DNA of 64,000 nucleotides from an uncultured Candidatus Saccharibacteria bacterium (GTDB lineage: Bacteria > Patescibacteriota > Saccharimonadia > Saccharimonadales > CAZNVG01), in assembly GCA_964440975.1 (NCBI GenBank), contig CAYYKI010000001.1, positions 2,591-66,590 on the forward strand, given 5' to 3'. The position numbers were made by a program, and so were the translations under genes. Shown here piece by piece: positions 1-7,853 of the stretch. The stretch's first letter is position 1, and each line of letters starts with the position of its first letter. The notes beneath the pieces were generated by a model. It made no database searches and was not told where the DNA came from. It was given only the letters and a program-made list of their open reading frames with translations.

Positions 1-250
1 TAAGCGATCGTAGTCCCTCTTTCTTAGCACGTAGTTAGCCACTACATTTTTACCCGAATCTATATGTTTGTTTATTGTTTTTATTGCTAGATCCATAGAC
101 TTGTCTAAATCTGTAGCCAAGTTAAAATTTGGGATGGTGTCGTTTAGGTCGTCTACATTAATAAATACGGCATCAAGCTTTTTTGCTAAGGCCTTGGACG
201 TTGTGGTTTTCCCGGAATTTATACTTCCACTTATAAAAACGAGCATGGGT
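1..250 (-). CDS. P-loop NTPase / kinase-like protein, N-terminal part (gene runs off window start)
   Basis: Minus-strand translation from ATG at 248-250: MLVFISGSINSGKTTTSKALAKKLDAVFINVDDLND.... It has a Walker A motif (GSINSGKTT) and no in-frame stop before position 1. It is absent from the ORF track only because it is truncated. The plus-strand ORF 68-259 is its antisense shadow. Confidence 0.5.
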
Positions 251-348
251 ATATCTTAGCAAATAAAAAATCCAGTAGCCCTAGCTAATGGATAGGTTAT
301 CAAATATATAGTTTCGGCTCCCGCTGGGGGCGCTCTTCGAACTAAATG

Positions 349-1005
349 CTACTTTATCGCGACTGATTCAAGTATTTTAACCAGCGTCGGGTAATCGCGA
401 CTGTTCTTGCTGATATCTTGAGAGCTCAAACTACCGGTGACATAGTATTTTCCACTTACAAAGACGATCGACCTTGCTGGCTGTGATTCGTAGCCATATT
501 CGTATTCATAGGCTGGTTTATCTCCGATCTTGCGAGCTTCTTTTGTTGGTCCTTTACCATCAGGCCAATTTTGCAAGCCAGGCTCGAAGCGCTGATCAAG
601 TGTCTTACCTAGTCGATCCTCTACCACCAGGCTAATATTAGTGCCTGCTGTTACAGCCTCACTACCTATAGGTTCGGTTTGCGACTTCATATCGGGACTG
701 TTTATTGTGTATGGCATTAACTTGCCAGCCTCTCCGTAGCCACCACTCTTAGCAGTCCAGTCAGCCGGGTACTTAAAAGTGATGCCGTTTGGATCGTCGC
801 TGTAGGTTTTCCAACCTTCGTAAGGGTCTTTTGATGCTTGTGGTGCCGATGTTGGGCTGTTTGATGATGTTTGTGTAGTAGATTGTGTCTTTTTATCAGT
901 CCGATGCTCTTTTATGTACCAACCGAGTCCACCAATAAGACCTAGGACAACCACAACGATTACAACCTCTACCGCCGAGAAGCCTTTTTGATTGAGTTTT
1001 TTCAT
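349..1005 (-). CDS. prepilin-type N-terminal cleavage/methylation domain protein (type IV pilin-like)
   Basis: N-terminus MKKLNQKG|FSAVEVVIVVVVLGLIGG is a class III (prepilin) signal: Gly at -1, Phe at +1, Glu at +5, then a hydrophobic helix. Start moved to the internal Met (1005) because pilin leaders are short; the ORF-track start was 1035. Confidence 0.6.
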   Translation of the reverse strand: MKKLNQKGFSAVEVVIVVVVLGLIGGLGWYIKEHRTDKKTQSTTQTSSNSPTSAPQASKDPYEGWKTYSDDPNGITFKYPADWTAKSGGYGEAGKLMPYTINSPDMKSQTEPIGSEAVTAGTNISLVVEDRLGKTLDQRFEPGLQNWPDGKGPTKEARKIGDKPAYEYEYGYESQPARSIVFVSGKYYVTGSLSSQDISKNSRDYPTLVKILESVAIK

Positions 1006-1089
1006 GTTCCCATCCTTAAGCATTACTATTTTCACCTAATTATACCCCCCTGAAAAATCCACACAAGACATATGAGGGACTTATACGAG

Positions 1090-4000
1090 TTAGCGTATTG
1101 CCACAGCACCCGATTCTGAACTTAGGCGTTTGAACAGCACATATCGTTTGCCATTGAAGACTCTGGCAAAGCCAGAACGGAGCACTTCTTCACGAGGAAT
1201 CATTGCGACACCACCATAAGTTGCTTTCAAGTCATCCATTCGCCGTAGCACTGCTTGCTCTTCTGCGAGGATTGTCTGGTCGTCTTCATTAAATACTGTT
1301 TCAACGACGTGCTCGCCAATCTCAAAAGCAACAGCCATCTTGCGTGAATCACGTAGTGACTCCTTGGTCTTCTTGAACTTGAGTGATTTAATGCCCGCAG
1401 CGCCAATTAAGCCTGCTAATTCAGGAGCAGACTTCTCGCAGTCGCGCACTTTCTCCAATACGATTACTTGGCTTCTAAAGTTTGAGCCACTCAACGCTAT
1501 GCCACTACGATCATCGATTACAAAACCAAGTTCATCCATAGACTTTACAAAGGTTTCGGAATCTTCAAGGTCGAGCGAGTAAATCATATCGACGACTGCC
1601 TTGCCGCCAGGCTTTAACACCCGGTTTAGCTCGCGTAAGACCTGCAGGCGCTCAACATTTTTTCTGCTCGGAACGAAGCTTGTGTAGTGCAGACCAAGCG
1701 ATAGGTTTACATAATCCATTGAGCCGTCTTGTGCCGGCAAGTTTGTGAAGCTACCCACAATTTGCTGAACGCCAGCCTTAGCAAAGTGCTTTGGATTGAT
1801 ATCGACACTTACGACTGCTTCTGCTAGTTCTTCAGAAATATGCCGCTTCAACATTTCTGGACCAGACGCCACATCGAGTACTCGCAAGTTTTTCGCATCT
1901 TGCTTTCGCTCAGCTACAAACGCGTGGATCAATGTGCCCGATAGCCGTGCGACGTTCGCCTGGTAGCTCCGTGCACCAACCAAGTTTGCGTAACTCTCCG
2001 CATACTCTTGGTCGTACTGTACCAAGAACTTTTTAAAGTCTTCTTCGCCGAGCTCTTTAACGTGTCCGTAAATGCGCATCATCTTATCCCACGACGAGAA
2101 GTAATACTCTGCAAGCTCTGAGTTAACCTCTAAGTTTGGATCGACCTGTTTTTCAGCCTGACGCAACATCTCTCGTTCAATTTCTGAGATTGGCACGCCG
2201 CGCAGTAGCTTTTGCACCGCTTGGTACTTAGTCTGAATATACCGATGAATTCCGTCTTCGATAGTGCCAGCTGCGACAAAGGTTCGTACAATTAGATCTT
2301 GCTTCAAGCCAGGACGATACACGCGAGATCGCTGCTGGTGTTTGTCATAGACCGTCCATGGTTCGTTGTAGAAGTAGACTTCTTCGGCTGCAGAGAAGTC
2401 GACCCCAACGTCAGCCGTTTGGCCACTCACGACCAATAGAACTTTTTGATTGGTCTGGCGGAGCTCGTTTTGAATTTCCAAACGGCGTTCCTTTTTAATT
2501 GAACCATCGACGGTAAAGACCTGCACATCCCTAGGGATATCGAGTGTGTCGAGAATGTGATTGTCGCCGCGCATCACACCGTCGATGTAGTCATTCACGA
2601 ACATAACAACCTTGTCTTTTACGGCAAAGGTCTGGTGAAGAGCTGCACTAACGGCGAATTGCTTGGATCCTTCAATGTTTGGTGTGGCATCAAACATCTG
2701 CGGGTTTAACGTAAACTGGCGAAGAATTCTAAGTTTGTCCATCGGGCTTAACTCGTCTTCTTCAACAAGTAAACTATAGACTTCTTGCTCCTCAGGAGTT
2801 AGCTCAAAGCGCACAACTTCTTCACGTATAGCTGGCATATTGATACTTTCGGCAAGTTCTTTTTGTTGCATGCGAGGTACGAGCAGGCTACGTAGATCAA
2901 GGATATCGCCATTGATGATTTGATTAACCAGCTCTTTGTTTTCGATATCCGCAAATTGTTCTGGGTAGAGTAATTTTAGTGACAATGCAACGTCGCTAAT
3001 AGTGTTTGGTACTGGCGTGCCAGAGAGCATCACGAGATATTTGTCATCTCCGGAAACTTGCTCGGCCAACTCCAACAGATACTCCGAACGCACGCCAGTT
3101 TTGAGGTTTTTAAGCTTGTGGACTTCGTCCGTGATGAGCATGTCGAAGGGCAGTTGCTTCAGCAGCGGCGTGTAAATACCGTTCAGTCTTTCTTGAGAAA
3201 TCACTACATAGTCGTAATCGTTTGGTTCAACATCAGTAAGGTCTTCTGGACTCCCAACAATCAAAACTCGAGGTTCTTGTCCCGGCTTAAAGTAGCCTTT
3301 TTGTTTGCCTTTATCATCAACTTCGCTAGACAAAAAATCCTGCCAAACTTCGACTACATTGCTCGGCACAATAACCAATGCTTGCTGCACACCAAGAATT
3401 TCTTTAGCCATGATAGCCGAGGCACTCTTGCCCAAACCCATCTCGTCAGCGATCAGCATGCGATGCTTGAAGGCAATTTCTTGGACGTTAATACGTTGGT
3501 TAATATCGGGGAAGAGACGGTCATCGCCAAGCGAGTCGACAAGATGGTCTGGTTTGTGAATATTCTCAAAGATCAGCTTGTAGTAAGCTTCAGCCTCGTC
3601 AAGCACTGACTCGAGTTCTGGCGTTATAAAGTCCGCTGTTTCTGCGCGGATGTGTGCGATATAGTCAGCGACCAGCGCAGCACTTGCGTCATCTGGTTCA
3701 AGTTGCCCGGCATCATGCAATGCCCGCAAACAGTCCGCCTTAACAATCTCAGTTAGCCCATCCCGAAAGACCGTTTCGGCTAAGAGTCCGATGCCTTTCT
3801 CAAGCCCTTCAAGAGAGAATTGACCGCGCACAATAAGGTACTCACCCAAATAATCCGTAAGCGCACTTTTAACGTAGGGGACTGGTAACTTTCGATACTC
3901 AGGGTGTTGCTGGTACAAAATGTCTACGGCGTAATCAGAACCAAACAGGCTTACGAGCGATTCGAAATCCTGAGCCTCAATAGACTCGCCTTCGCCTATT

Positions 4001-5232
4001 TCAATAATGAAGTTCTTTAGGTTATTTTGAAGTTTAATTTGTTCAGGATGAACTCCATTATTTGCTTTAATCTCGCGATAGATGTGTATTTGAGCCTTAA
4101 CTCTTTCAGATGATTCTTTGTATAGGTACGTTACTCGATTACCATTTGACGCCCTAAAGACTCCAAAGCAACCATTAGAAAGCGCTCCGACTTCTCCTGC
4201 TATCCGTTCAACATATTTTCTATTAGCACTGATCTCCTCAGCAATCGCTCTAATACTCTGTGCGCCTTCAGGCGGTCTTCCACCTTCAAGTAATCCATTT
4301 ACTCTTACTTCAATTGCTGCAACATAATCATCATAAATGTGCTCGCGCACAATTCCGTTTCCGCATCTATGGTACCCCATACTTTCTTGGTATTGCGGCC
4401 GGAGCTCTTCTATGATTGCATCTACCGTATAGTCATCAATTCCAAATTTGACTGCCAGTCCATGCCGGGTATAAGAACCCTTCGGCGCAGGAACTGACCT
4501 GCCTCTCTCTTCCTTGATTGCTGCAACAAGCTCTGGTTGATAGTAATCTGATACTCTTCCCGTGGAACCTTTTTGGGCTACAACTTGCCCCGGATACCTC
4601 TGAGCTAACGACGCTGCTATTGCTGTTATAGTTTCCTGACTAGCACCAAGCTCTTTTGCAAGAGCTTTATTACTGGCTGCACCTTCGGGTTTAGGCTGGT
4701 GTTTAGCATATTCAGCTGCAATCTTGCTAACCGAAGATGGATCAAAATGTAAGGCAGGGGTACTTGTGGATGTTCCTTTTAGCTCACTTGTTAGCTCCTG
4801 CTCCTCGGCTTCTAACCTACTGATTAATCTTTTAATCGTTGCTACGTCAGTTCCAACTTGACTAGCGATGGAGCTAGCGGTAAGCCATCCTACTTTCGGT
4901 CTGCCTCTATTGGATAAAGCTAGTTTTATTCTCCCTGTAAGCTCTGGTTCATAGTGCTCAGCCCACTTTTTATTATCAAGCCTCAATCTTACAATTGAAT
5001 CCGGAATATCTTCGGCTAGAGTCCTTGCTGTTTTCTTTACCAGACCGACGCTAACCTCGAGTTCTCTTGCAAGGTTAACTGCTGCTGAAGGAAGTTCAGG
5101 CTCTAAATTCCCATTCCCGTTCTCGGTTTGACCACTATACTTACCCTTCTCTTCCTGAGACACATCTAAACTACATACGGAGATGCCAGACTGCGACTCA
5201 AACTTTCCAGCTTCCGGTACGATCTCACTCAT
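1090..5232 (-). CDS. SNF2-family helicase with C-terminal SAM-dependent methyltransferase-like domain and N-terminal tandem HTH-like repeats (1380 aa)
   Basis: SNF2_N motifs: LIADEMGLGKSASAIMAKEIL (motif I) and MLITDEVHKLKN (DExH box). Helicase C-domain: VLLVVSGQTADVGVDFSAAEEVYFYNEPW...QQRSRVYRPG. C-terminal class I methyltransferase motifs: VLDVASGPE (motif I) ... VDIN ... LKPGGKAVV. The N-terminal ~500 aa contain about five repeats of a ~60-aa module ([IL]A.E[LIV]G.....[IV]..[IL]...[LV], plus recurring (H/D)Y.PEL). Confidence 0.7.
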   Translation of the reverse strand: MSEIVPEAGKFESQSGISVCSLDVSQEEKGKYSGQTENGNGNLEPELPSAAVNLARELEVSVGLVKKTARTLAEDIPDSIVRLRLDNKKWAEHYEPELTGRIKLALSNRGRPKVGWLTASSIASQVGTDVATIKRLISRLEAEEQELTSELKGTSTSTPALHFDPSSVSKIAAEYAKHQPKPEGAASNKALAKELGASQETITAIAASLAQRYPGQVVAQKGSTGRVSDYYQPELVAAIKEERGRSVPAPKGSYTRHGLAVKFGIDDYTVDAIIEELRPQYQESMGYHRCGNGIVREHIYDDYVAAIEVRVNGLLEGGRPPEGAQSIRAIAEEISANRKYVERIAGEVGALSNGCFGVFRASNGNRVTYLYKESSERVKAQIHIYREIKANNGVHPEQIKLQNNLKNFIIEIGEGESIEAQDFESLVSLFGSDYAVDILYQQHPEYRKLPVPYVKSALTDYLGEYLIVRGQFSLEGLEKGIGLLAETVFRDGLTEIVKADCLRALHDAGQLEPDDASAALVADYIAHIRAETADFITPELESVLDEAEAYYKLIFENIHKPDHLVDSLGDDRLFPDINQRINVQEIAFKHRMLIADEMGLGKSASAIMAKEILGVQQALVIVPSNVVEVWQDFLSSEVDDKGKQKGYFKPGQEPRVLIVGSPEDLTDVEPNDYDYVVISQERLNGIYTPLLKQLPFDMLITDEVHKLKNLKTGVRSEYLLELAEQVSGDDKYLVMLSGTPVPNTISDVALSLKLLYPEQFADIENKELVNQIINGDILDLRSLLVPRMQQKELAESINMPAIREEVVRFELTPEEQEVYSLLVEEDELSPMDKLRILRQFTLNPQMFDATPNIEGSKQFAVSAALHQTFAVKDKVVMFVNDYIDGVMRGDNHILDTLDIPRDVQVFTVDGSIKKERRLEIQNELRQTNQKVLLVVSGQTADVGVDFSAAEEVYFYNEPWTVYDKHQQRSRVYRPGLKQDLIVRTFVAAGTIEDGIHRYIQTKYQAVQKLLRGVPISEIEREMLRQAEKQVDPNLEVNSELAEYYFSSWDKMMRIYGHVKELGEEDFKKFLVQYDQEYAESYANLVGARSYQANVARLSGTLIHAFVAERKQDAKNLRVLDVASGPEMLKRHISEELAEAVVSVDINPKHFAKAGVQQIVGSFTNLPAQDGSMDYVNLSLGLHYTSFVPSRKNVERLQVLRELNRVLKPGGKAVVDMIYSLDLEDSETFVKSMDELGFVIDDRSGIALSGSNFRSQVIVLEKVRDCEKSAPELAGLIGAAGIKSLKFKKTKESLRDSRKMAVAFEIGEHVVETVFNEDDQTILAEEQAVLRRMDDLKATYGGVAMIPREEVLRSGFARVFNGKRYVLFKRLSSESGAVAIR

Positions 5233-5259
5233 AAAACAAAAAATACCATATAAATGGTA
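5233..5259 (-). terminator. rho-independent terminator downstream of the tRNA-Asn 3' end
   Basis: On the minus strand, directly after the CCA end: hairpin TACCAT-TTAT-ATGGTA (plus-strand 5244-5259) followed by TTTTTTGTTTT. Confidence 0.4.
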
Positions 5260-5312
5260 CTTTGTAAAACTTGGCTCCGGGGAAAGGATTCGAACCTTCG
5301 ACCTAGTGGTTA

Positions 5313-5870
5313 CACTTAATCACTGCTTTCACAGCGTGTGGACTATCTCATCTTGCTTATCAAAAATGATCTGCAAGCAGGGCGCTTATGAGAGATTATT
5401 GTTAGGCTCACTCTCTAGTCTCTGAACCTTCCTGAGTCTCTTAACCTAACTCAGGCTTGGCTGCGGATTACCATATCGTACGACGTAGGCTTCCCGACAA
5501 TTCACCCTGTTTTCACTATGGGATTACTCACCATAGGCTGCACTTTTACTAACCCTGCATGAATTTCTCTATGACAATTTGCGCATACAAGTATGCATTT
5601 ATCTGCTTCTGCCCTGACTTTTTCCCAAGAACGAGTAAGCCCTTTCGACGAAATTCCAAACTCTTTCTGAGATGCATCTATGTGATGAAGATCAAGCGCA
5701 TCAACACAATTGCTATAGCCACATTTCACGCACTGACCGCCTTTATACTCAACAAGCTTTCTGCGAACTGCCTTTCGACGTTTCGCAACTGCCATCTTGA
5801 GATAATCGGCACGATCAGCATAGGTTCGACGATCCGGCATACAACCTAGTGTATACCATTTGGTGTTCGT
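5313..5870 (-). mobile_element. group I self-splicing intron (558 bp) inserted between tRNA-Asn positions 35 and 36, carrying an HNH ORF
   Basis: The 5' exon ends in U (U35) and the intron ends in G (omegaG, complement of 5313). The intron 3' part, minus-strand sense, contains the conserved group I core elements: P-like ATTGTCGGGAAGCC directly after the ORF stop, Q-like AATCCGCAGCC, R-like GGTTCAGAGACTAGA, S-like AAGATGAGATAGTCC (P7 pairing GACTA/TAGTC). Confidence 0.8.
5502..5840 (-). CDS. HNH homing endonuclease (intron-encoded, 112 aa)
   Basis: CxxC...LHHID...CANCHREIH, i.e. the HNH motif with zinc-binding Cys pairs. The ORF starts 30 nt into the intron and ends one nucleotide before the P element. 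Confidence 0.75.
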   Translation of the reverse strand: MPDRRTYADRADYLKMAVAKRRKAVRRKLVEYKGGQCVKCGYSNCVDALDLHHIDASQKEFGISSKGLTRSWEKVRAEADKCILVCANCHREIHAGLVKVQPMVSNPIVKTG

Positions 5871-5904
5871 ACAGCCACCCGCTCTACCGCTGAGCTACCC
5901 CGGA

Positions 5905-5960
5905 ATGTATATAAAAGGTGCGATCACCACAGGTAATACAGGGGTAGATTATAGTTTGAA
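5905..5960 (-). promoter_or_regulatory. possible promoter for the tRNA-Asn gene
   Basis: Minus-strand sense upstream of tRNA nt 1: TTACCT-19nt-TATACA ending about 6 nt before +1. A perfect TATAAT lies further upstream. Weak, sequence-gazing only. Confidence 0.2.
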
Positions 5961-5990
5961 TGGAGTAGTTGGTCAAATAATATTGCCCTG

Positions 5991-6437
5991 CTAGCTTTTG
6001 CCCTTAATAGCCGTCAAGCGAGCAATGAATGAATTCGCCGCCCCATCCATGCCAAGCACCTTCAGTGCCCCAACCAATACATACAATTCATCAACTTTGT
6101 TCTTGTTGCCAGTTGGTTCTTGTTCCACCTGCCTAAAGTAGTGATCCACTTTCTCTACCAACCACTTTTCTTGGGTCTCGCTGACCGCGTTGGAGCTGAT
6201 TTTCGTTTCGATATTGCCATCAACAACCTCAAGTGACCTTGCTGACCGATCGCGTTTTCGTAAGTGACCTCTCTTGATGAGGCTATCAACATGCAGCGCT
6301 ACCGTTGCTACCGAGTTATAGCCGCACCCATTCATAATCTCGCGATAGCTGGGGCTGTACCCGTGCTCACCAATAAAGGCAGCGATAAATCGTAACAATT
6401 GCTGCTGCTTTTTAGTCGGACGAATTTGCTCGGCCAT
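5991..6437 (-). CDS. LexA-like winged-helix DNA-binding protein lacking an S24 peptidase domain
   Basis: N-terminus KKQQQLLRFIAAFIGEHGYSPSYREIMNGCGYNSVATVALHVDSLIKRGHLRKRD matches the LexA N-terminal DNA-binding domain pattern. The C-terminal 70 aa have no Ser/Lys peptidase motifs. Confidence 0.5.
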   Translation of the reverse strand: MAEQIRPTKKQQQLLRFIAAFIGEHGYSPSYREIMNGCGYNSVATVALHVDSLIKRGHLRKRDRSARSLEVVDGNIETKISSNAVSETQEKWLVEKVDHYFRQVEQEPTGNKNKVDELYVLVGALKVLGMDGAANSFIARLTAIKGKS

Positions 6438-6468
6438 AGATACCTATATTATACGCTATTGCTTACCA

Positions 6469-7848
6469 CTATGCTGCAAGCCGCTGATCCCACCCTTTAA
6501 GAAGGCTGTTTTTAATAGACTTACGTGCAATAGAATCTTTGCTCGCCGGAAATGTGAGCTGCGCTTTTGCTGGTAGATACAGTACGTATCCCGCAACACC
6601 CCACCATATTATTGCAAGGGTATCATCGGCCCATATGTGCAGCAATAGGCTCGCCACAGCCAGTCCCATGCCAGAAACAAACAGTGTGATTGGCCAACGG
6701 TACTTTCGCATACTGAATGCTCGCAGCAACACAGTGGCATATATCATCACAAACAACACTAGCCCTACAACGCCAACTTCTTGCGCAATCTGTACATAGT
6801 AATTTTCGGCCATACGCGTACCGCTCTTTTGTAAATTAACAGACGCCGGCCCTGCACTACCCGGCCCTGTCCCAAGTGGCTGATTTACAACGTCTTTGAG
6901 CCCAGCCTGCAATGCCGCAATATGACCATCGTTGCTAGTAACGGCAACGTTTGTTTCGTCGGTATGAAAAATGCTGTTCTCTATAAAGTTATTATCGCGG
7001 AAAGCTACCACAATTGCTGCTGCCACAACCATACCGACTACACCAAACGTAAGGCCTCTTTTTAACTGTGCAGGGGTCGCCTGCAATGCCGCATACAATG
7101 CAACCGCCAGCATAGCTGCAATCCACGCCGAGCGCGAAAAAGTACATACCAGCACCGCAAGACTTGCCGCAATCGCAACACGTGCCTGCTGCTTCTTAGC
7201 GCTGCGAACAAGGGGTAATAGTGCGCTCATTAGTACGACAATGTAGGCCCCGAACGGGTTGGGTCCTCGCAGGGTTGAACTGTATCGTAGTACATTCGAT
7301 CCGTCATGGAGCTTAGTGAATGGCCGAATAGTGCCTGGTCCAAAACCAAACCAGCGCAAAAAATCACTTGGTAGGACGGTTATTTGTAGTACGCCAAAAA
7401 CTATCGTCATGAGTCCAGTAGTCAATACTACTTTGGTAAGTAACTTCACGTCTTTTTTGTCTGTGTAGTGATGGGCGAGTATTTGCCCCAACAGGAACAT
7501 CGCTACAATGCGTAGGTTTATCATCAGCCCCGCAATCAACGCTCTCGCCTCCGGTCGACGCCAAGCAGCAATCGCGATATGCAAAACGATGTACCACAGC
7601 ACCAACCAGTTAACTCTGCGCCCCACCATTGCTAATCGCAGTTTTTTGTCTTTTGCAAATAGCCAAAACGCTAGCGGTGTAACTGCAGCAATCATTAGTT
7701 GCGGGACTATCTTAAACCAGTCAATGTGTCCAATGGTTGTGCCCGCCCATACATATATAAGTGCATGAAACGGCACATAGGCGAGTATCAACAAGAACCC
7801 TATCCATAGCAACTTGTTTGCAGTGTCGAGGTATTTGGGCGTAGCCAT
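6469..7848 (-). CDS. polytopic membrane protein, O-antigen ligase/polymerase (Wzy_C)-like
   Basis: About 10-12 predicted TM helices with a large periplasmic loop, sitting in a glycan-biosynthesis context. Family assignment is tentative. Confidence 0.4.
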   Translation of the reverse strand: MATPKYLDTANKLLWIGFLLILAYVPFHALIYVWAGTTIGHIDWFKIVPQLMIAAVTPLAFWLFAKDKKLRLAMVGRRVNWLVLWYIVLHIAIAAWRRPEARALIAGLMINLRIVAMFLLGQILAHHYTDKKDVKLLTKVVLTTGLMTIVFGVLQITVLPSDFLRWFGFGPGTIRPFTKLHDGSNVLRYSSTLRGPNPFGAYIVVLMSALLPLVRSAKKQQARVAIAASLAVLVCTFSRSAWIAAMLAVALYAALQATPAQLKRGLTFGVVGMVVAAAIVVAFRDNNFIENSIFHTDETNVAVTSNDGHIAALQAGLKDVVNQPLGTGPGSAGPASVNLQKSGTRMAENYYVQIAQEVGVVGLVLFVMIYATVLLRAFSMRKYRWPITLFVSGMGLAVASLLLHIWADDTLAIIWWGVAGYVLYLPAKAQLTFPASKDSIARKSIKNSLLKGWDQRLAA

Positions 7849-7853
7849 AGTAT

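Larger units (their letters stand above)
5272..5904 (-). tRNA. tRNA-Asn (anticodon GUU) split by a group I intron; 5' exon 5871-5904 (tRNA nt 1-35), 3' exon 5272-5312 (nt 36-76, CCA encoded)
   Basis: Spliced sequence: TCCGGGG-TA-GCTC-AGCGGTA-GAGC-G-GGTGG-CUGU|UAA-CCACT-AGGTC-GAAGG-TTCGAAT-CCTTT-CCCCGGA-G-CCA. Acceptor stem is a perfect 7 bp with U1-A72 and G73 discriminator, both hallmarks of bacterial tRNA-Asn. D, anticodon (G27.U43) and T stems all pair. T-loop TTCGAAT and the 5-nt variable loop are canonical. Confidence 0.8.

Noticed and set aside
68-259. Plus-strand 63-aa ORF at the window start.
   Set aside because: It is antisense to a clear Walker A-containing gene on the minus strand that runs off the window edge.
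3058-3609. Short plus-strand ORFs inside the 1380-aa minus-strand gene. This applies equally to the many 60-190 aa ORFs nested antisense in other large genes, for example 49482-49883, 52328-52867, 57772-58353 and 35164-35433.
   Set aside because: They are fully contained in longer, motif-bearing ORFs on the opposite strand and have low-complexity translations. Treated as shadow ORFs.
5270-5500. Initially considered a tmRNA (ssrA) because of the tRNA-like 3' end GGTTCGAATCC...CCA and the ~230 nt of structured-looking RNA upstream.
   Set aside because: The acceptor 3' strand CCCCGGA pairs perfectly with TCCGGGG found 630 bp away at 5898-5904, where a canonical tRNA 5' half (TA-GCTC-AGCGGTA-GAGC) follows. 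The intervening RNA carries group I P/Q/R/S elements, so it is an intron-split tRNA-Asn, not tmRNA.
5559-5849. Plus-strand 96-aa ORF overlapping the HNH gene.
   Set aside because: Antisense to an ORF with a complete HNH motif and inside the intron on the wrong strand relative to the tRNA.
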